Shown: positions 41,424 through 54,258 of the stretch, piece after piece
Layout of the letters: each line of letters starts with the position of its first letter
How positions within the stretch are numbered: position 1 is the first letter of the stretch
Assembly (NCBI GenBank): GCA_951406725.2
Contig: OX597826.1
Coordinates: 13,330,001-13,394,000 of the forward strand
Source of the DNA: Octopus vulgaris
Taxonomy: Eukaryota
Reading direction: 5' to 3'
DNA length: 64,000 nt
The notes under the pieces: model-generated
Told to the model about the DNA's origin: nothing
Seen by the model: the letters and a program-made list of their open reading frames with translations, nothing else
Database searches by the model: none
Translations under genes and position numbers: made by a program

Positions 41424-41514
<91 letters not shown>

Positions 41515-41554
41515 ACACAGACACACATACACATATATATATATTCAGGGATTC

Positions 41555-42060
41555 TTTGAAATTCCAGAGTTTATTTTGTGCATGACTTCGCCAGTTTCGG
41601 AGAGCTTGTTTGGAGTTGTTCTACACCATCCCTTTTCTGTTGGCATTTCATACTTCTGGTATATCTAAATCCAGATTCTTTCATGTCTGTGGATCCGTCT
41701 ATATATTATTTCTTGGCCAAAACTGAGTAGCTAGATACAATGTTGTTAATTGCTTACTCTTCATTTCCACGTATTCTTCAGTTACTTCATGTATTTTGCT
41801 TCATTATATGCTTTTGGTGGTTTCTGGTGAGGAAGCGTTGATCCTGTGTTGCAGACAAGCACCGTTCTGTTACTGCTTAGAGTCCAGTGTTTCTTAAGCA
41901 GTGTCCTTTTGCTACTTCCGCTCTGTTTAGCTTTAGCTTTTGCAAGATTTGGCCATGCAAGTGCTTTACTTGCCATCGATGGCATTCTTGCTGCCCCAAT
42001 TTTAGCTCAAATTTTAGCTACTTGGATTTCTGTTGTTTCTCATTTTTCCTCATAGCTATA
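41555..42060 (-). mobile_element. R4/Dong-like LINE C-terminal remnant
   Basis: Minus frame with stops: RWQVKHLHGQ...VTERCLSATQDQRFLTRNHQKHIMK...QKYEMPTEKGW. This matches the W..K.LHGQ / E....A.QDQ...TRN region upstream of the zinc knuckle. Confidence 0.7.
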
Positions 42061-43099
42061 TCTTATCGTTTCCGTCTATTTTGCATTGGTTGTTTCCTTG
42101 AAAAGTGAAAACAATTTGTTTTGCATATGTTTCGTAACTATCTATTTTAATTTTCCCACGATTATATTCTTACAATTTCTAGAAACAGACACCAAATAAA
42201 GGAAGGCTAAGCACAGAGGAAAACACTTTTATGGAATTGCTTTTCTATGTAGTACAAGTCACTTTGCAGATTCCAAATTAGGATATTCCCAGCTTCTTTT
42301 TAGCAGCAGAAGACTTACATTAACGACACACACATAATAAATCATTGTAGTGGTTTTCCGGTTTCGTTTTTTGCGGCTAATAATTTTGCGGCTTTCGTTA
42401 TACAATAGGGACTCCGAAGTTTACATTTTTCTTCGCCCCTTTATCCATTGCCGTAGGGACTCTATATAGACTTTACATTCTTTAAGGGAAACCAATGACT
42501 TATCTTGCTCTAAAAATATTACTCCAAAAGTGACAAAGATATGCGCATCTTACAATGTCAGTGATATTTTCTTGACTTTTCCGTAGTATATTCGCCAACG
42601 ACACTTTTGGAAGGCGAAAATTTGTTCTTCGTGAGGAACTCCTTTTACTTCTTTATCTCTCCCAAAATAGTTTTTAAAAAATCGATTGTGAAATCTAAGA
42701 CAGAAATTTAAATTTAGGTGTGAAATATAGTTTCCACTAATAACATAGAAGTGTAAAATATGTCGAAAATCCCTGCCGCATAATGTCAAGAAATATGTTA
42801 GCAATGTTCAGTGGTTCAGTTGTATCATCTAATGTGGCATCTCCAGTCGGCCAAGTTGCTGAGTTTCAATGTATTATGACCTCTGACTCAATATAACTCA
42901 ACTCAACTCAACTCCCAACTTTCATTTGCATCCGAATCGAAAAAAGAACCCTGTACATTATATTGGAGCAATATGATAATATGGCAGTAACCAGTTATTT
43001 GTAAAAGTAGTGCCAATCAGGTAAAACCAATGTAAGTTTTGGATTCAGCACCTACAAATTATTGTAAATTCATTTGAATACTGTTGGTGATTTAAATGT

Positions 43100-44660
43100 C
43101 TTTGTCTTTTGTTGGCCAGTAATATCGCTAAAAAGTTCTGACGTCGGAAGAAAGCAGCTAAAAGAAACACAAAGAACAAGAAATTTAAAGGCAATTAATC
43201 TGCAGTTTACAGAGGTTTGAGCGGGAAAAAATAGATAAAATAGAAACGCTTTCTAAAGAAAATACAAATTATTTCATGAGAAAATCTGTAGAAAGTCAAA
43301 AGGGTTTTGTTAAAGTGTGAAGTGGCTAAGGGAGGTCCAAAAGAGATATCACCGATGTAATGTGCCCAAAGCAGTAAGAATCATTTACGAATCCTTCGAA
43401 CAAGTGATTCAAAAACCCTAGGATAAGAAAGCGGCAAGGAGAGAGTTGGTTGTCAAAAACTGATAGAAAAAGGAATGAAAGACAATGCCTTCTATCGGAT
43501 GTATCTTAGCGACAGTTACCAGCAGGATTTCAAACAAGACATAACCGTACTAAATAGGTAAATACCAGCTAATTGCATGCTAGAATGTTACGTATGAAAC
43601 ATTTATGGGTCCTTTTGAATCTTTTTTCTCAAGAATGGTTCTGATAATGGTTCTATCACAACTGAACAAGTACTTGGAAAGAAAAAAAGTTCGGGGAAAG
43701 TACGGAACCACACTTGATCAATTAAACTGTGGCGTCAGCGGTACAGCGGTACAGGAGAAATTTAGTGTCCGATTGACCGTTTTACAAGAGAGCAGTCGCT
43801 TATGTTCTTCAGTTCAAGATGCTAGAGTCTCTTTTATTTGCTAAGAGAAATTACCATTATCAAGGCCTTAAACAATGCGACATCGACCTGTGTCACGATT
43901 CTGAAATGAAAGTAATGATTTTATCGGAGAGATCGATTTCAAGGCGACAGTCTCTCTATGATGGGTATTCCAATAAAATCTTAATTCCTTTTGTAAAGGC
44001 AATCTGAAAACTCGCGATTGGTTGAGAAGACAGCAACGCAAGCCTGTTTCTTGGATGATCTGAAAGTATGCTGGAAATGTGAATGGTATGAAGAAAAACC
44101 TTAATTTGGTTACAAACATTCTCCAAAGATATACGAATTGAGTTTGACTGATTGCTTTTATTTCAATGTAAAAAAAAAAAAAAAATCAGAAGCCTCTAAG
44201 GGCTCGACGAAAATATTTACTATGATGGTACCACTCACTAAAAACGAATAATCAGTAAATATAATACCAGCACAGAGAATATATAGACTGCTGAGTTTCT
44301 GCATTTAGTCATCAATAGCCAACAATGAGATTGCTGTAAAAGTACTGATACCAAAATTTACGCTACAACATAGGATACAACATAACATCTGGTCTGTTGC
44401 TGTTAAAACTCGAAATTTGTTAGACCGTATCAGGAATTTCCTCAGCAACGGGGATGTAGAACACTTATAAGAGTGACGAAAGGATGGCGGCTGGCTGTAG
44501 AATAACATAGATTCAAAGATCATTAGCATGTCGCATCATATTTCTTCGTCAGGCATTTACTAAACACCAAATGTTGACGCTCACCCGCGGAACAAATCTG
44601 TATATATGAAGCAGACAACATCATGAGATTGGAAAAGGAGATTTTCAGCAAGCATTCTGT
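43100..44660 (+). mobile_element. Very decayed CR1/L2-type LINE remnant (tentative)
   Basis: Fragments DGYSNKIL...I and NLLDRIRNFLSN resemble RT-region motifs (DG....L, LL.WI..FL). Boundaries are uncertain. Confidence 0.3.
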
Positions 44661-45631
44661 GACTGATGACCCTACGTGTGTGTTTTGTGTGTGTGTTTGT
44701 GTTTGTGTGTGTGTGTGTTTTGTGAATAAGCCAACGAAGGCCCCACTTAATGGTAGTTACACCTGACAGGAAATAACAAATATATTGACCTCACATCACA
44801 GCCTGCTACCTTATTTGTATAATTATGACCTGACGACACATCTGGATTGTAGCTAAGTCTGATATAGAAATTATTCCCAAAACAAACTCATCTTGCTTAC
44901 AAAATGTGTATGCTCGTACATGTATGTATGTATGTATGTATGTATGTATGTATGTATGTATGTATGTATGTATGTATGTATGTATGTATGTATGTATGTA
45001 TGTATGAATGTATGTATGTCATTATTCAGTTTTATTTCAAGACTTCTAGCCAATAGAGAAAGAGCCGGATTCTAGCCTAATTCCAAGTCTCTTTCATTGA
45101 AATTTCAACATCAACAGGGTATTTTTGCATGTATATCTGTATAAATGTAGCATTTGGAGTCAGTGTATGTATGTGTGTATGCATGCATGCATGTATGTAT
45201 GTATGTATGTATGTATGTATGTATGTATGTATGTATGTACGCACGAACGCACGCACGCACGGACGGATGGACGGACGGACGGACGGATGGATGTACGTAT
45301 GATCATCTATGGTGTCCAAACGCTATACTCGAGCATCAAGAAATAACTCTGTACATTATATTATACACATCCAGCAAAACAAGTTAAATCAATCTTTCTC
45401 ATTTAACACCAAAATCATCGACACGCCACATATATGTACAAATCTAAATTCGTTTATGCATGCACGCACACACGCCACCCCACTAAAATGCTTGAATGTA
45501 TGTTTGCATGTGTCAGTCTGAATACATGTGCTTTTGATTTCAAGTGTTTAGATGACTGTTTAGTGCCAAATATGATTTTAAGTAATAAATTAATTGAAAT
45601 TCAAACCGTAGTTTTGGTCGGTTAAATCACA

Positions 45632-45683
45632 ATTATGACGTCATAATACTGAAGTCAGAAAAACGCGATATTTTCCCTCATTC
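45632..45683 (+). promoter_or_regulatory. Putative promoter of paralog 1: 16-bp palindrome with full CRE, CRE variant and Inr-like motif
   Basis: ATTATGACGTCATAAT (45632-45647), TGAAGTCA (45650-45657) and TCATTC (45678-45683), about 120-170 bp upstream of the ATG. Identical in paralog 2. Confidence 0.55.
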
Positions 45684-45799
45684 ATTTGCGATACTTTGGC
45701 CATTGCTAACAGTTAACTTCTTGTAGGTTACTTTTACAATCCATTGATTTGCGTTAATATATTTGCTAATAGCTTGTTTGTTTTAATCGATATAACCAA

Positions 45800-46492
45800 A
45801 TGTCCGACGTTCTACACCGCCCGGGCTTCCGTAAACGACTTCGTAAAGGAGCTCGAAACTTTTTCTCAAGATTAATACCCTGCGTACGACGACCGAAACT
45901 TGAAGACCCTTTGGAAGATGACACAGATCTTTCTTCACCGTTATCATCAGACATCTCCTTGATGACAACTACAGAAGAAGATTTCCCGAGAAATCTCAAT
46001 CAATCTGCTATAATTCCTCGTATTGAGGGTGAGTTTTGCTAAAATTGTTTAAAATATATGCATAAAACAAATGAGGTTTGCATTGTTTATTTTTCCTCTA
46101 TATCTAACTATTTTTCTATCTATCTGATTATGTATTTATCAATCTCACACATCTCTCAGTTTCTCTATTTCTCTTTATGTTGCTATAAGTTATTCAACAA
46201 GATTTCTATGTAGTCAAACTTAGACAAGTTATTCAACAAGATTTTCTAACATATCGCCGGTTGACACATGCATATATACCTACATAAGAACAATTAGACA
46301 GCTTAAGGCCGGTAAGAAAATATAACAGTAGGTCAGTTGGAGTATTAAAGAACCGACAAAGGAGATCATTGGTAGACCCTTATCCGGGATCAATATCGAC
46401 AGGAAGAGCTGTTCGTTAGACTTCAGAAAGTCAGATAACAGTCGACTGAATTTAATCCTTGTACGTATGTGTGTGTGTGTATACATACATAG

Positions 46493-46563
<71 letters not shown>

Positions 46564-46825
46564 AGACCTTCGAAACACGGAGTAGACGAAGCAGGGACAA
46601 CTGAAGAAGGGGAATATTCCTTGTGTTGTATGTCTTGTACTCTGTCTTTTCGTTGCTTGAAAAAAGTCCGTTTTCGTGGTTCTGTTTTTATGTTTTCGTT
46701 TCTCATTGTGTTCTACGTTTTTTTTTGGTGTCCTGTACCCATATATGCATATATATATACATATAGATGTAGGTATGTATATATATGTATGTATATATAT
46801 GCATATGTTTTATTTATTATTTTGT

Positions 46826-46892
<67 letters not shown>

Positions 46893-47757
46893 GCATACAC
46901 ACAAGTGTGTACACGTGTGTTACTTTGTAAACGACTGAGTGTGTGTGTCTGTCTGTATGTCTGTCTGTGCGTGTGTAAGCCAGAAGCTGATGCTACGATT
47001 TGAGCCATGTTTTATAAGTATACAATATATCTCATTCAAATAACACCTTTCCGTCCTATCTGTGTAAATATGTACGACAATGTGACGTAAAAAATCTGAG
47101 CGGGGCTAAACTTGCTAGATATAGCAACCAAAATCGCCCTCAAACTTCATCAGCTTCACTCACACATACATGTACGATTTCTATTATTATATTTGTGTTG
47201 GTTTCAGATTTTACCCCCATTGACTACGACCAGTTTGAGCGAACATCTTGTCCAGGTAAATATTCGACCTTCTTAAACTTCAGTTAACAAATTAAAATAC
47301 TCTGTTATGCATTAATATATATTTTCCTGTGTTGGTAAGAGAGTCTGAGTTATCTTTTCTTTTCGTATTTTTTGTTTTTGTTTGTAGTAATAGTTTTATC
47401 CATTGTCTGTTTTCTTTTCCAGACTTACCCTCGATCGACACCGATTCCTTTGATGAAGAATTTCACGAACCATCAGAGTTTGGTAAGTTATTAATGCATT
47501 TTCTCATTTTATTTTACTATATATTATAAACTACCTACTCGATTGTTTTGTATTTTCTGAATATTTAAATATGGTACATAGACATATATACACACTCATG
47601 CATTTGAATATTATATGTATATATACATTTATATATATTTATAATGCATGAAACTCTCTGACCTTGGGTTATTTTTTTACTTCTACTAAATATTTATAAT
47701 AAAGATAGATAGATAGATAGGTAGGTAGGTAGGTAGGTAGGTAGGTAGGTAGGTAGG

Positions 47758-47814
<57 letters not shown>

Positions 47815-48728
47815 GGATGGATATGGATATGCATTTCTTAATCCCTCATGTATTGATTTGCTTTTGGTTTTGGACATGTCAAATGTGTCCCTCTTTTCAT
47901 TAGTTTCACATTTCGTGATATTTTCAAAATGTTAAGGCATGCCAAAATAACGTGAACATGCTAAAAGTTAATTCATTTTGCCTAAACTAGGGCTTACGAC
48001 TATGAAGGCGCCATGTCCCAGTGGTTAGGGCAGCGGACTCGCGGTCAGAGGATCGCGGTTTCGATTCCCAGACCGGGCGTTGTGTGTGTTTATTGAGCGA
48101 AAACACCTGAAGGCTCCACGAGGCTCCGGCAGAGGATGGTGGCGACCCTTGTTGTACTCTTTCGCCACAACTTTCTCACACAATCTCTTCCTGTTTCTTG
48201 AGTAACGCTGAGATGGATTGGCGTCCCGTCCAGCTGGTGGGAACACATACGCCACAGAAATCGGGAAACCGGGCCCATGAGCCTGTCTAGGCTTGAAAAG
48301 GGCGCATAAAAAAAGGGGCTTACGACTACCGTAGCATGGCCGACTCAATCATGAATGTAATACGCCAAGTACTATTTGAGAACAAACTTACAGCTTGTAG
48401 CGAATGATCGGGATATATCTATGCCTTGATAACTTAATGTCGTTGCGATACATATGTTCATGCATACATACTTTTCTCAAAATTCCTTTTCCATGTTTCT
48501 TTTAGTGTATAACATGAATTTTTATTTATTTGTTACTTTATTTATTTATTCATTTTATTTATTTGTTACTACATAGATGATGGGAGCCAGACCGAAGAGG
48601 TCCCTCTTTGTATTCCACTTATTGTATCCGACATCTTCATGCAAGCCAGTTCCGGTTTGCATCAAGTAGTACAGATCATCGTTTATTCTGTAAATGGTCA
48701 TGTGACCATGTCCGTAAAACTTGGCTAG
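45800..48728 (+). CDS. Spliced orphan gene, paralog 1 (162 aa; basic N-terminus, acidic middle, hydrophobic beta-rich C-terminus)
   Basis: Exons 45800-46028, 47208-47255, 47423-47482, 48577-48728. All introns are GT-AG (GTGAGT, GTAAAT, GTAAGT) and phase 1. Spliced frame is open: [31 protein letters not shown]...[91 protein letters not shown]. Structure is conserved in paralog 2. Confidence 0.85.
46562..46745 (+). mobile_element. Short Penelope-type terminal repeat fragment in intron 1
   Basis: GAAACACGGAGTA...GACAACTGAAGAAGG motif shared with the minus-strand element at 52150-52550. Confidence 0.4.
48003..48315 (+). mobile_element. SINE group C, tail type 2, with 13-bp TSD, in intron 3
   Basis: TSD GGGCTTACGACTA at 47990-48002 and 48316-48328. 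A/B boxes and an A-rich end. Confidence 0.85.
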
Positions 48729-48839
48729 ATCAGGTAAGTCATGATTAGATATTATTTATTCATCGATATGTTATATATATATATATACAGGTATGGTGTC
48801 ATTTTCATTTTTTTTCTTTTTTTTTGTGTGTGGTTTCAG

Positions 48840-49140
48840 ATATGCCAAACACTTTGACCGCTGTGAAAATTGTACAGAGAAGCTGCCATACCTATACAGC
48901 ACAAAACACTTGTCCTACGTTCCAATGAACCTGGAAATTCAGCGGAAATCCATAGGAGAACCGCTATACAGAAGAACACCATCAGAGTTATCCGGCCCCG
49001 GGTGCCAAATATGAAGAACACCCTCACCCTTTTTTGCTAAAGTTAAAAAATTTCGTAAATAAAAAAGAAAAAGGGATGCAACTATCGAGAGATAACCAAA
49101 TGACTGAAAAATTATGGACAGTTTTTGTAATAAAAGATTA
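48840..49140 (+). other. Terminal exon 5 of paralog 1 (3' UTR, or coding if the UAG is bypassed)
   Basis: Donor CAG|GTAAGT lies 5 nt after the stop (48733). Acceptor TTTCAG| at 48839. AATAAA at 49058 and 49129. Homologous to 62308-62600. Confidence 0.7.
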
Positions 49141-49319
49141 AAAATCATATTCTTTTTATATTCATTAAATATCATTCGCGGGAAAATAGCATCCGGGTGG
49201 ATGCCAGTTAGTTGCTATAGATTTTGTATTATTTTATATTTTTTGGATATGGAGGATTTCACCTATGATATGCCATTTCCTAAGGTAAATTATTGGGGGT
49301 ACACACACGCACACACACA

Positions 49320-49373
<54 letters not shown>

Positions 49374-52102
49374 TACACACACACGCAGGCGCGCACTTAT
49401 GCACACGCACACAAACACAATAAGTCGGTGAGCTGGCAGAAACGTTAGCACGCCGGGCGAAATGCGTAGCCGTATTACGTTTGCCGCTACGTTCTGAGTT
49501 CAAATACCACCGAGGTCGACTTTGTCTTTCATCCTTTCGGGGTCGATAAATAAGTACCAGTGTTTCACTGGGGTCAATGTAATCGACTAAATCCCTTTGT
49601 CTGTCTTTGTTTGTCCCCCCTATGTTTAGTCTCTTGTGGGTAGTAAAGAAATAGGTATTTCGTCTGCTGCTACGTTCTGTGTTCAAATTCCGCCGAGGTC
49701 GACTTTGTCTTTCATCCTTTCGGGGTCGATAAATAAGTACCAGTGTTTCACTGGGGTCAATGTAATCGACTAAATCCCTTTGTCTGTCTTTGTTTGTCCC
49801 CGTTATGTTTAGCCTCTTGTGAGTAGTAAAGAAATAGGGATTTCGTTTGCCGTTACGTTCTGAGTTCAAATTTCAAAAATTAGATTTTTATGGGCCCTAA
49901 AAGGTTGAAAAGGCAGAGGCAAGCTTGACAAAATCTAAACTCAGAATGTAAAAAGGGACGAAATGCTGCTGAGCTTTTTGCCCGGCGTGCAAATATTAGC
50001 AGCAGGAAAAGGGTATTCGAAAGGATTTCTGTCAGTTACCATAGTTTCTGCATTATTTCGCGTTTTGTGACGTGAAAAAATGCACATCGAACAGGTAAGT
50101 TGCTTGGGAGTATGCACAGACACACACACAGACACAAACACACAGACACACACACACATGCACACACACACAAACACACACTATGCGCGCGTGCACCAAC
50201 ATCTATGTTTAAAAATATGTTTACAAACACATCGTTTTCAATATTTTTATTCCAGTCGTTTTACTTGGAAGATCCATGGTTGCAACCTCATAACACTTCC
50301 AAGGCAAAACACTCTAAAAACGATTTGATAGTTGTTACAATTATATTACTGCTATAATTAGACGAAGAGAGACCGCACAATAAATGTGTTCCTCGCTCTT
50401 TGAGGGTGTTGACTTGTTGGCTGACAGCTGAGTTGACGAACTGGTAAACCCGACTCTGTGATTCTGTTACTTTTTCTAGAAGGTTGATAAAAGTGCAAAG
50501 AATCTTCTCAGAAACCTTAACTAAAAAAGTCGATATGCATTTAAGGAAGAGCGAATGCTTTGTAGAGTTTGTTGCGGACAGCAATAAACGACAGTTTATT
50601 TGCTTTGCTACTAGTCTCAGCATTTATATATTAATGCTTATGTATATCATTCATCCCTGTGCATTATTTAGGTTATAGCTGTTTCAGCTGGGTCGTACAA
50701 AATCCTTTACTCTTTAGAAATAGGCATCAGTCATTAAGAGAAAAATAAATGAGATACATTATGTACCTTCTAGCTGATTGTGTAAGGTGTATTTTCGTGG
50801 TCCCCGTCCTGCTACATAGCAGCCCTCTGACGCTTTTGAGAATAAGCACCAACAATCTACGGAAGCCGCTGATGTAAAATTATTTCTTTAAATTTGATTG
50901 ATAGTTAGGCTTGCATTCTTGCAACGAAATGACTCTCACCTTATACAACTGAGCTCAAAGATATCGGCCACAGCTATACCTATTTCTTTACAACCCACAA
51001 GGGGTTAAACACAGAGAGGATAAACAAGGACAGACAAACGGATTAAGTCGATTATATCGACCCCAGTGCGCAACTGGTACTTATTTCTGCTGTGAGCTGG
51101 CAGAATCGTTAGCACGTTAGTCGAAATGCTTAGCAGTATTTCGTCTGCCGCTACGTTCTGAGTTCAAATTCCGCCGACGTCGACTTTGCCTTTCATCCTT
51201 TCGAGGTCGATCAAATAAGTACCAGTTACGCACTGGGGTCGATGTAATCGACTTAATCCGTGTGTCTGTCTTTGTTTGCCCGCTCAATGTTTAGCCCCTT
51301 GTGGGTAATAAAGAAACAGGTACTTATTTAATCGACCCCGAAAAGATGATAGGCAAAGTCGACCTCGGTGGATCTTGAACTCAGAACGCAACGGCAGACG
51401 ATATACTGCTAAGCATTTCGCCCGGCGTGCTAACGTTTCTGCCAGCTCATCTAAAATTAACACATATCGAGGTAAATTGAAAGTCTTCATGTGGATGACC
51501 GACTGAATAGAAATGGCTCAATGTCGCCTTCGTCACACAACCTGTCGGAGTGAAAAATAAGTACCATTGGAAATTGAACGTATAACCGTGCCTCTAAAAG
51601 TTGGTTTTGCATTTCCCTTGAAGCACATTTCTGTAAGAAAGTGACCAATAAGGTCTATTGCTACGCACAGTACATTATCGTTGTCTGTTATACAAGTGGC
51701 TAGAAAATATTCGAAAATATTATTGCTTCTCCATTTAGCCAAATGCCTAATGCATACATGGTGGGACCCATGAGAAAGTAATTAAAAACCTTCAGAATAT
51801 GTTAATACCAGGAAGTGAGTTGCTGGTGAAATATAACGGAATTCATTTCGGCGGTACCCAGAAAAAATGCTACATTCGTATAGTCAAATAGTAACGGACA
51901 ACCCGAGAAGACTCACTTAATGGTAACTATTCCTGAGATAAATGAGAAATATACATCACTCATTTACCGCCTTGCTTATGTATGCATGTATGTATCTATC
52001 CATCGATTTATCTGCCTATCTCTGTCTCTCTTTCTCCCCCTCTCTCTCTCTATATATATATATATACAAGAATGTATATATGTACATACACACACATATA
52101 CG

Positions 52103-52141
<39 letters not shown>

Positions 52142-52149
52142 GTAAATGA

Positions 52150-52550
52150 AATTAAAAAAATACACATTGCATACAGGACATCCCCAACGAGTGTAAAATA
52201 CGTAAACACACGAAAGAAAAGTACAGGACAAAATACCTTAAGATAACTCCTCATCAGTTGTCGAACTGTTTATTACCCGTATTTCGTGCTTTTAGCGACA
52301 ATATAGGGTAACTTCATAAGACAGCAGCATCCAGAACTTTTAAGAATATAAAGTTTATGCAGAGTTAGAGCTTCCAACGAACAAACAACGACAGAGTGGA
52401 CGTACAGAGTAAACAATCAACGGAGACAAACATTAAGGGTCGTTGGGCCAAGACGAATCTTAATGGGTAACGTCTGGGAGAAATTTTTCAAGGACATGGT
52501 AGAAGAAAAATGTCGGGAGCCGAGGAAAATGGTATCCAGCCCGATGGACG
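52150..52550 (-). mobile_element. Penelope-like 3' fragment
   Basis: The minus strand has a decayed GIY-YIG-like tail (..PTTLN), then GAAATACGGGTA...GACAACTGATGAGG and a GT-rich tail. Confidence 0.45.
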
Positions 52551-52602
52551 TCTGGTATATGTATGTATGTATATATATGTATTCCCCGCTTGCGATATAA
52601 GC

Positions 52603-52680
<78 letters not shown>

Positions 52681-52777
52681 TTTTATGCGTGAGTGTGTGT
52701 GCTTTCTCGTATTAGAAAAAATAATTGAAATGTGAGGCCCTTATATGACACTTTAGTCTTGTATATATATGTGTATG

Positions 52778-52832
<55 letters not shown>

Positions 52833-52869
52833 ATACAAAAATACACACATACATACACACACGCATGCA

Positions 52870-53470
52870 TCTATACATGGCTTAGTGGTTAGGGTATTAG
52901 GCTCGCGATCATAGGGATGTGAGTTGCATTCACGTTGCTCCAGTGCACTCAGCTGGCAAAAAATGAGTTGTATCTGTATTTCAAAGAGCCAACCTTGTCA
53001 CACTCTGTGTCACGCAGAATCTCCTCGAGAAGTATGTGAAGGGGAACGCGTGTCTGTGGAGTGTTCAGCCACTTGCATGTTAATCTCACGAGCAAGCTGT
53101 TCCGTTGATCGGCTCATTTGGAACCCTCGTCGTCGTAAGGGACTGTGTGGCAGTATACATATATGGAGGCGCAATGGCCCAGTGGTTAGGGCAGCGGACT
53201 CGCGGTCGTAGGATCGCGGTTTCTATTTCCACACCGGGCGTTGTGAGTGTTTATTGAGCTAAAACACCCTAAAGCTCCACGAGGCTCTGGCAGCGGGTGA
53301 TGATCCCTGCTGTACTCTTTCACCACTCTTTCTCCCACTCTTCCTTCTGTTGGCCTGCTCGCTTAGCCAGCAGGGTGGCGTCATTCGAAGGCGACAACAA
53401 TGCGAACGCATTGTGACCAGCGATGTGTAACTACATCTGATGGTCTGGTCGGTCACGTGATCAGGTCACG
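52870..53470 (+). mobile_element. Two adjacent group C SINEs with different head/tail combinations
   Basis: 52870-53150 has head GGCTTAGTGGTTAGGG plus tail type 4. 53164-53470 has head GGAGGCGCAATGGCCCAG plus tail type 3. Confidence 0.75.
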
Positions 53471-53472
53471 TG

Positions 53473-53514
<42 letters not shown>

Positions 53515-53831
53515 TAGATAGATAGATAGATATAGATATATGTATGTATGTATGTATGACAGACAGACAGACAAACAGACAGAAAGTGAAAGGAGGTACA
53601 AAGGAAATCCTTGATATCATATTCTTCTGTCAGTTATGTGACTTAGATATAATTTTACATGCACACCCATGCGCACACTTGCGTGCACATGCACACACAC
53701 ACACACACATGGGCGTGTTGTTTGTGTTTGTGTCCATCTTTTATGCGACTACAAAACCAATACCCGCACAAACATAATATTTCCTACTCCAATGGTTATA
53801 GATGGAGCACATATTTGGATAAAGAGAACAG

Positions 53832-54115
53832 CATTTTGTTTAATTTTTTTAATTTGTTTAATTTTTTTCAAATTTGTTTAATTTTGTTTAAATTTTTTCT
53901 TTAATTTTTGTAATTTGTTTAATTTTGTTTAATTTTTTCAAATTTGTTTAATTTTGTTTAATTTTTGTTTAATTTTGTTTAATTTTTTCAAATTTGTTTA
54001 ATTTTGTTTAATTTTTGTTTAATTTTGTTTAATTTTCTTTAATTTTTGTTTAATTTTGTTTAATTTTCTTTAATTTTTGTTTAATTTTGTTTAATTTTGT
54101 TTAATTTTTTGAAAT
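53832..54115. repeat. AT-rich about 10-bp minisatellite (AATTTTGTTT)n with higher-order duplication
   Basis: Direct inspection. Confidence 0.9.
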
Positions 54116-54206
54116 TTCTCTCTTCCAATTGAAGATCTGAAAATTTTAGTGGTCAATTATCTCCTTTCAACACTCTCTAGAGAAAGAATGAGAGAATGCC
54201 AGAAAA

Positions 54207-54258
<52 letters not shown>

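Noticed and set aside
41782-42108. Short ORFs 41782-41985, 41846-42055 and 41887-42108 as host genes
   Set aside because: They are alternative frames over an R4/Dong LINE remnant.
45766-45999. Antisense ORFs over exon 1 (also 58809-59042)
   Set aside because: They are shadows of the + strand exon, which has the splice signals and downstream exons.
48003-48315. SINE in intron 3 of both paralogs as a shared ancestral insertion
   Set aside because: Different tails and different TSDs indicate independent insertions.
53164-53240. tRNA genes at SINE heads (also 24345-24420, 48004-48075, 61042-61115)
   Set aside because: A/B boxes are present, but each runs into a SINE body and lacks a proper acceptor stem and terminator.
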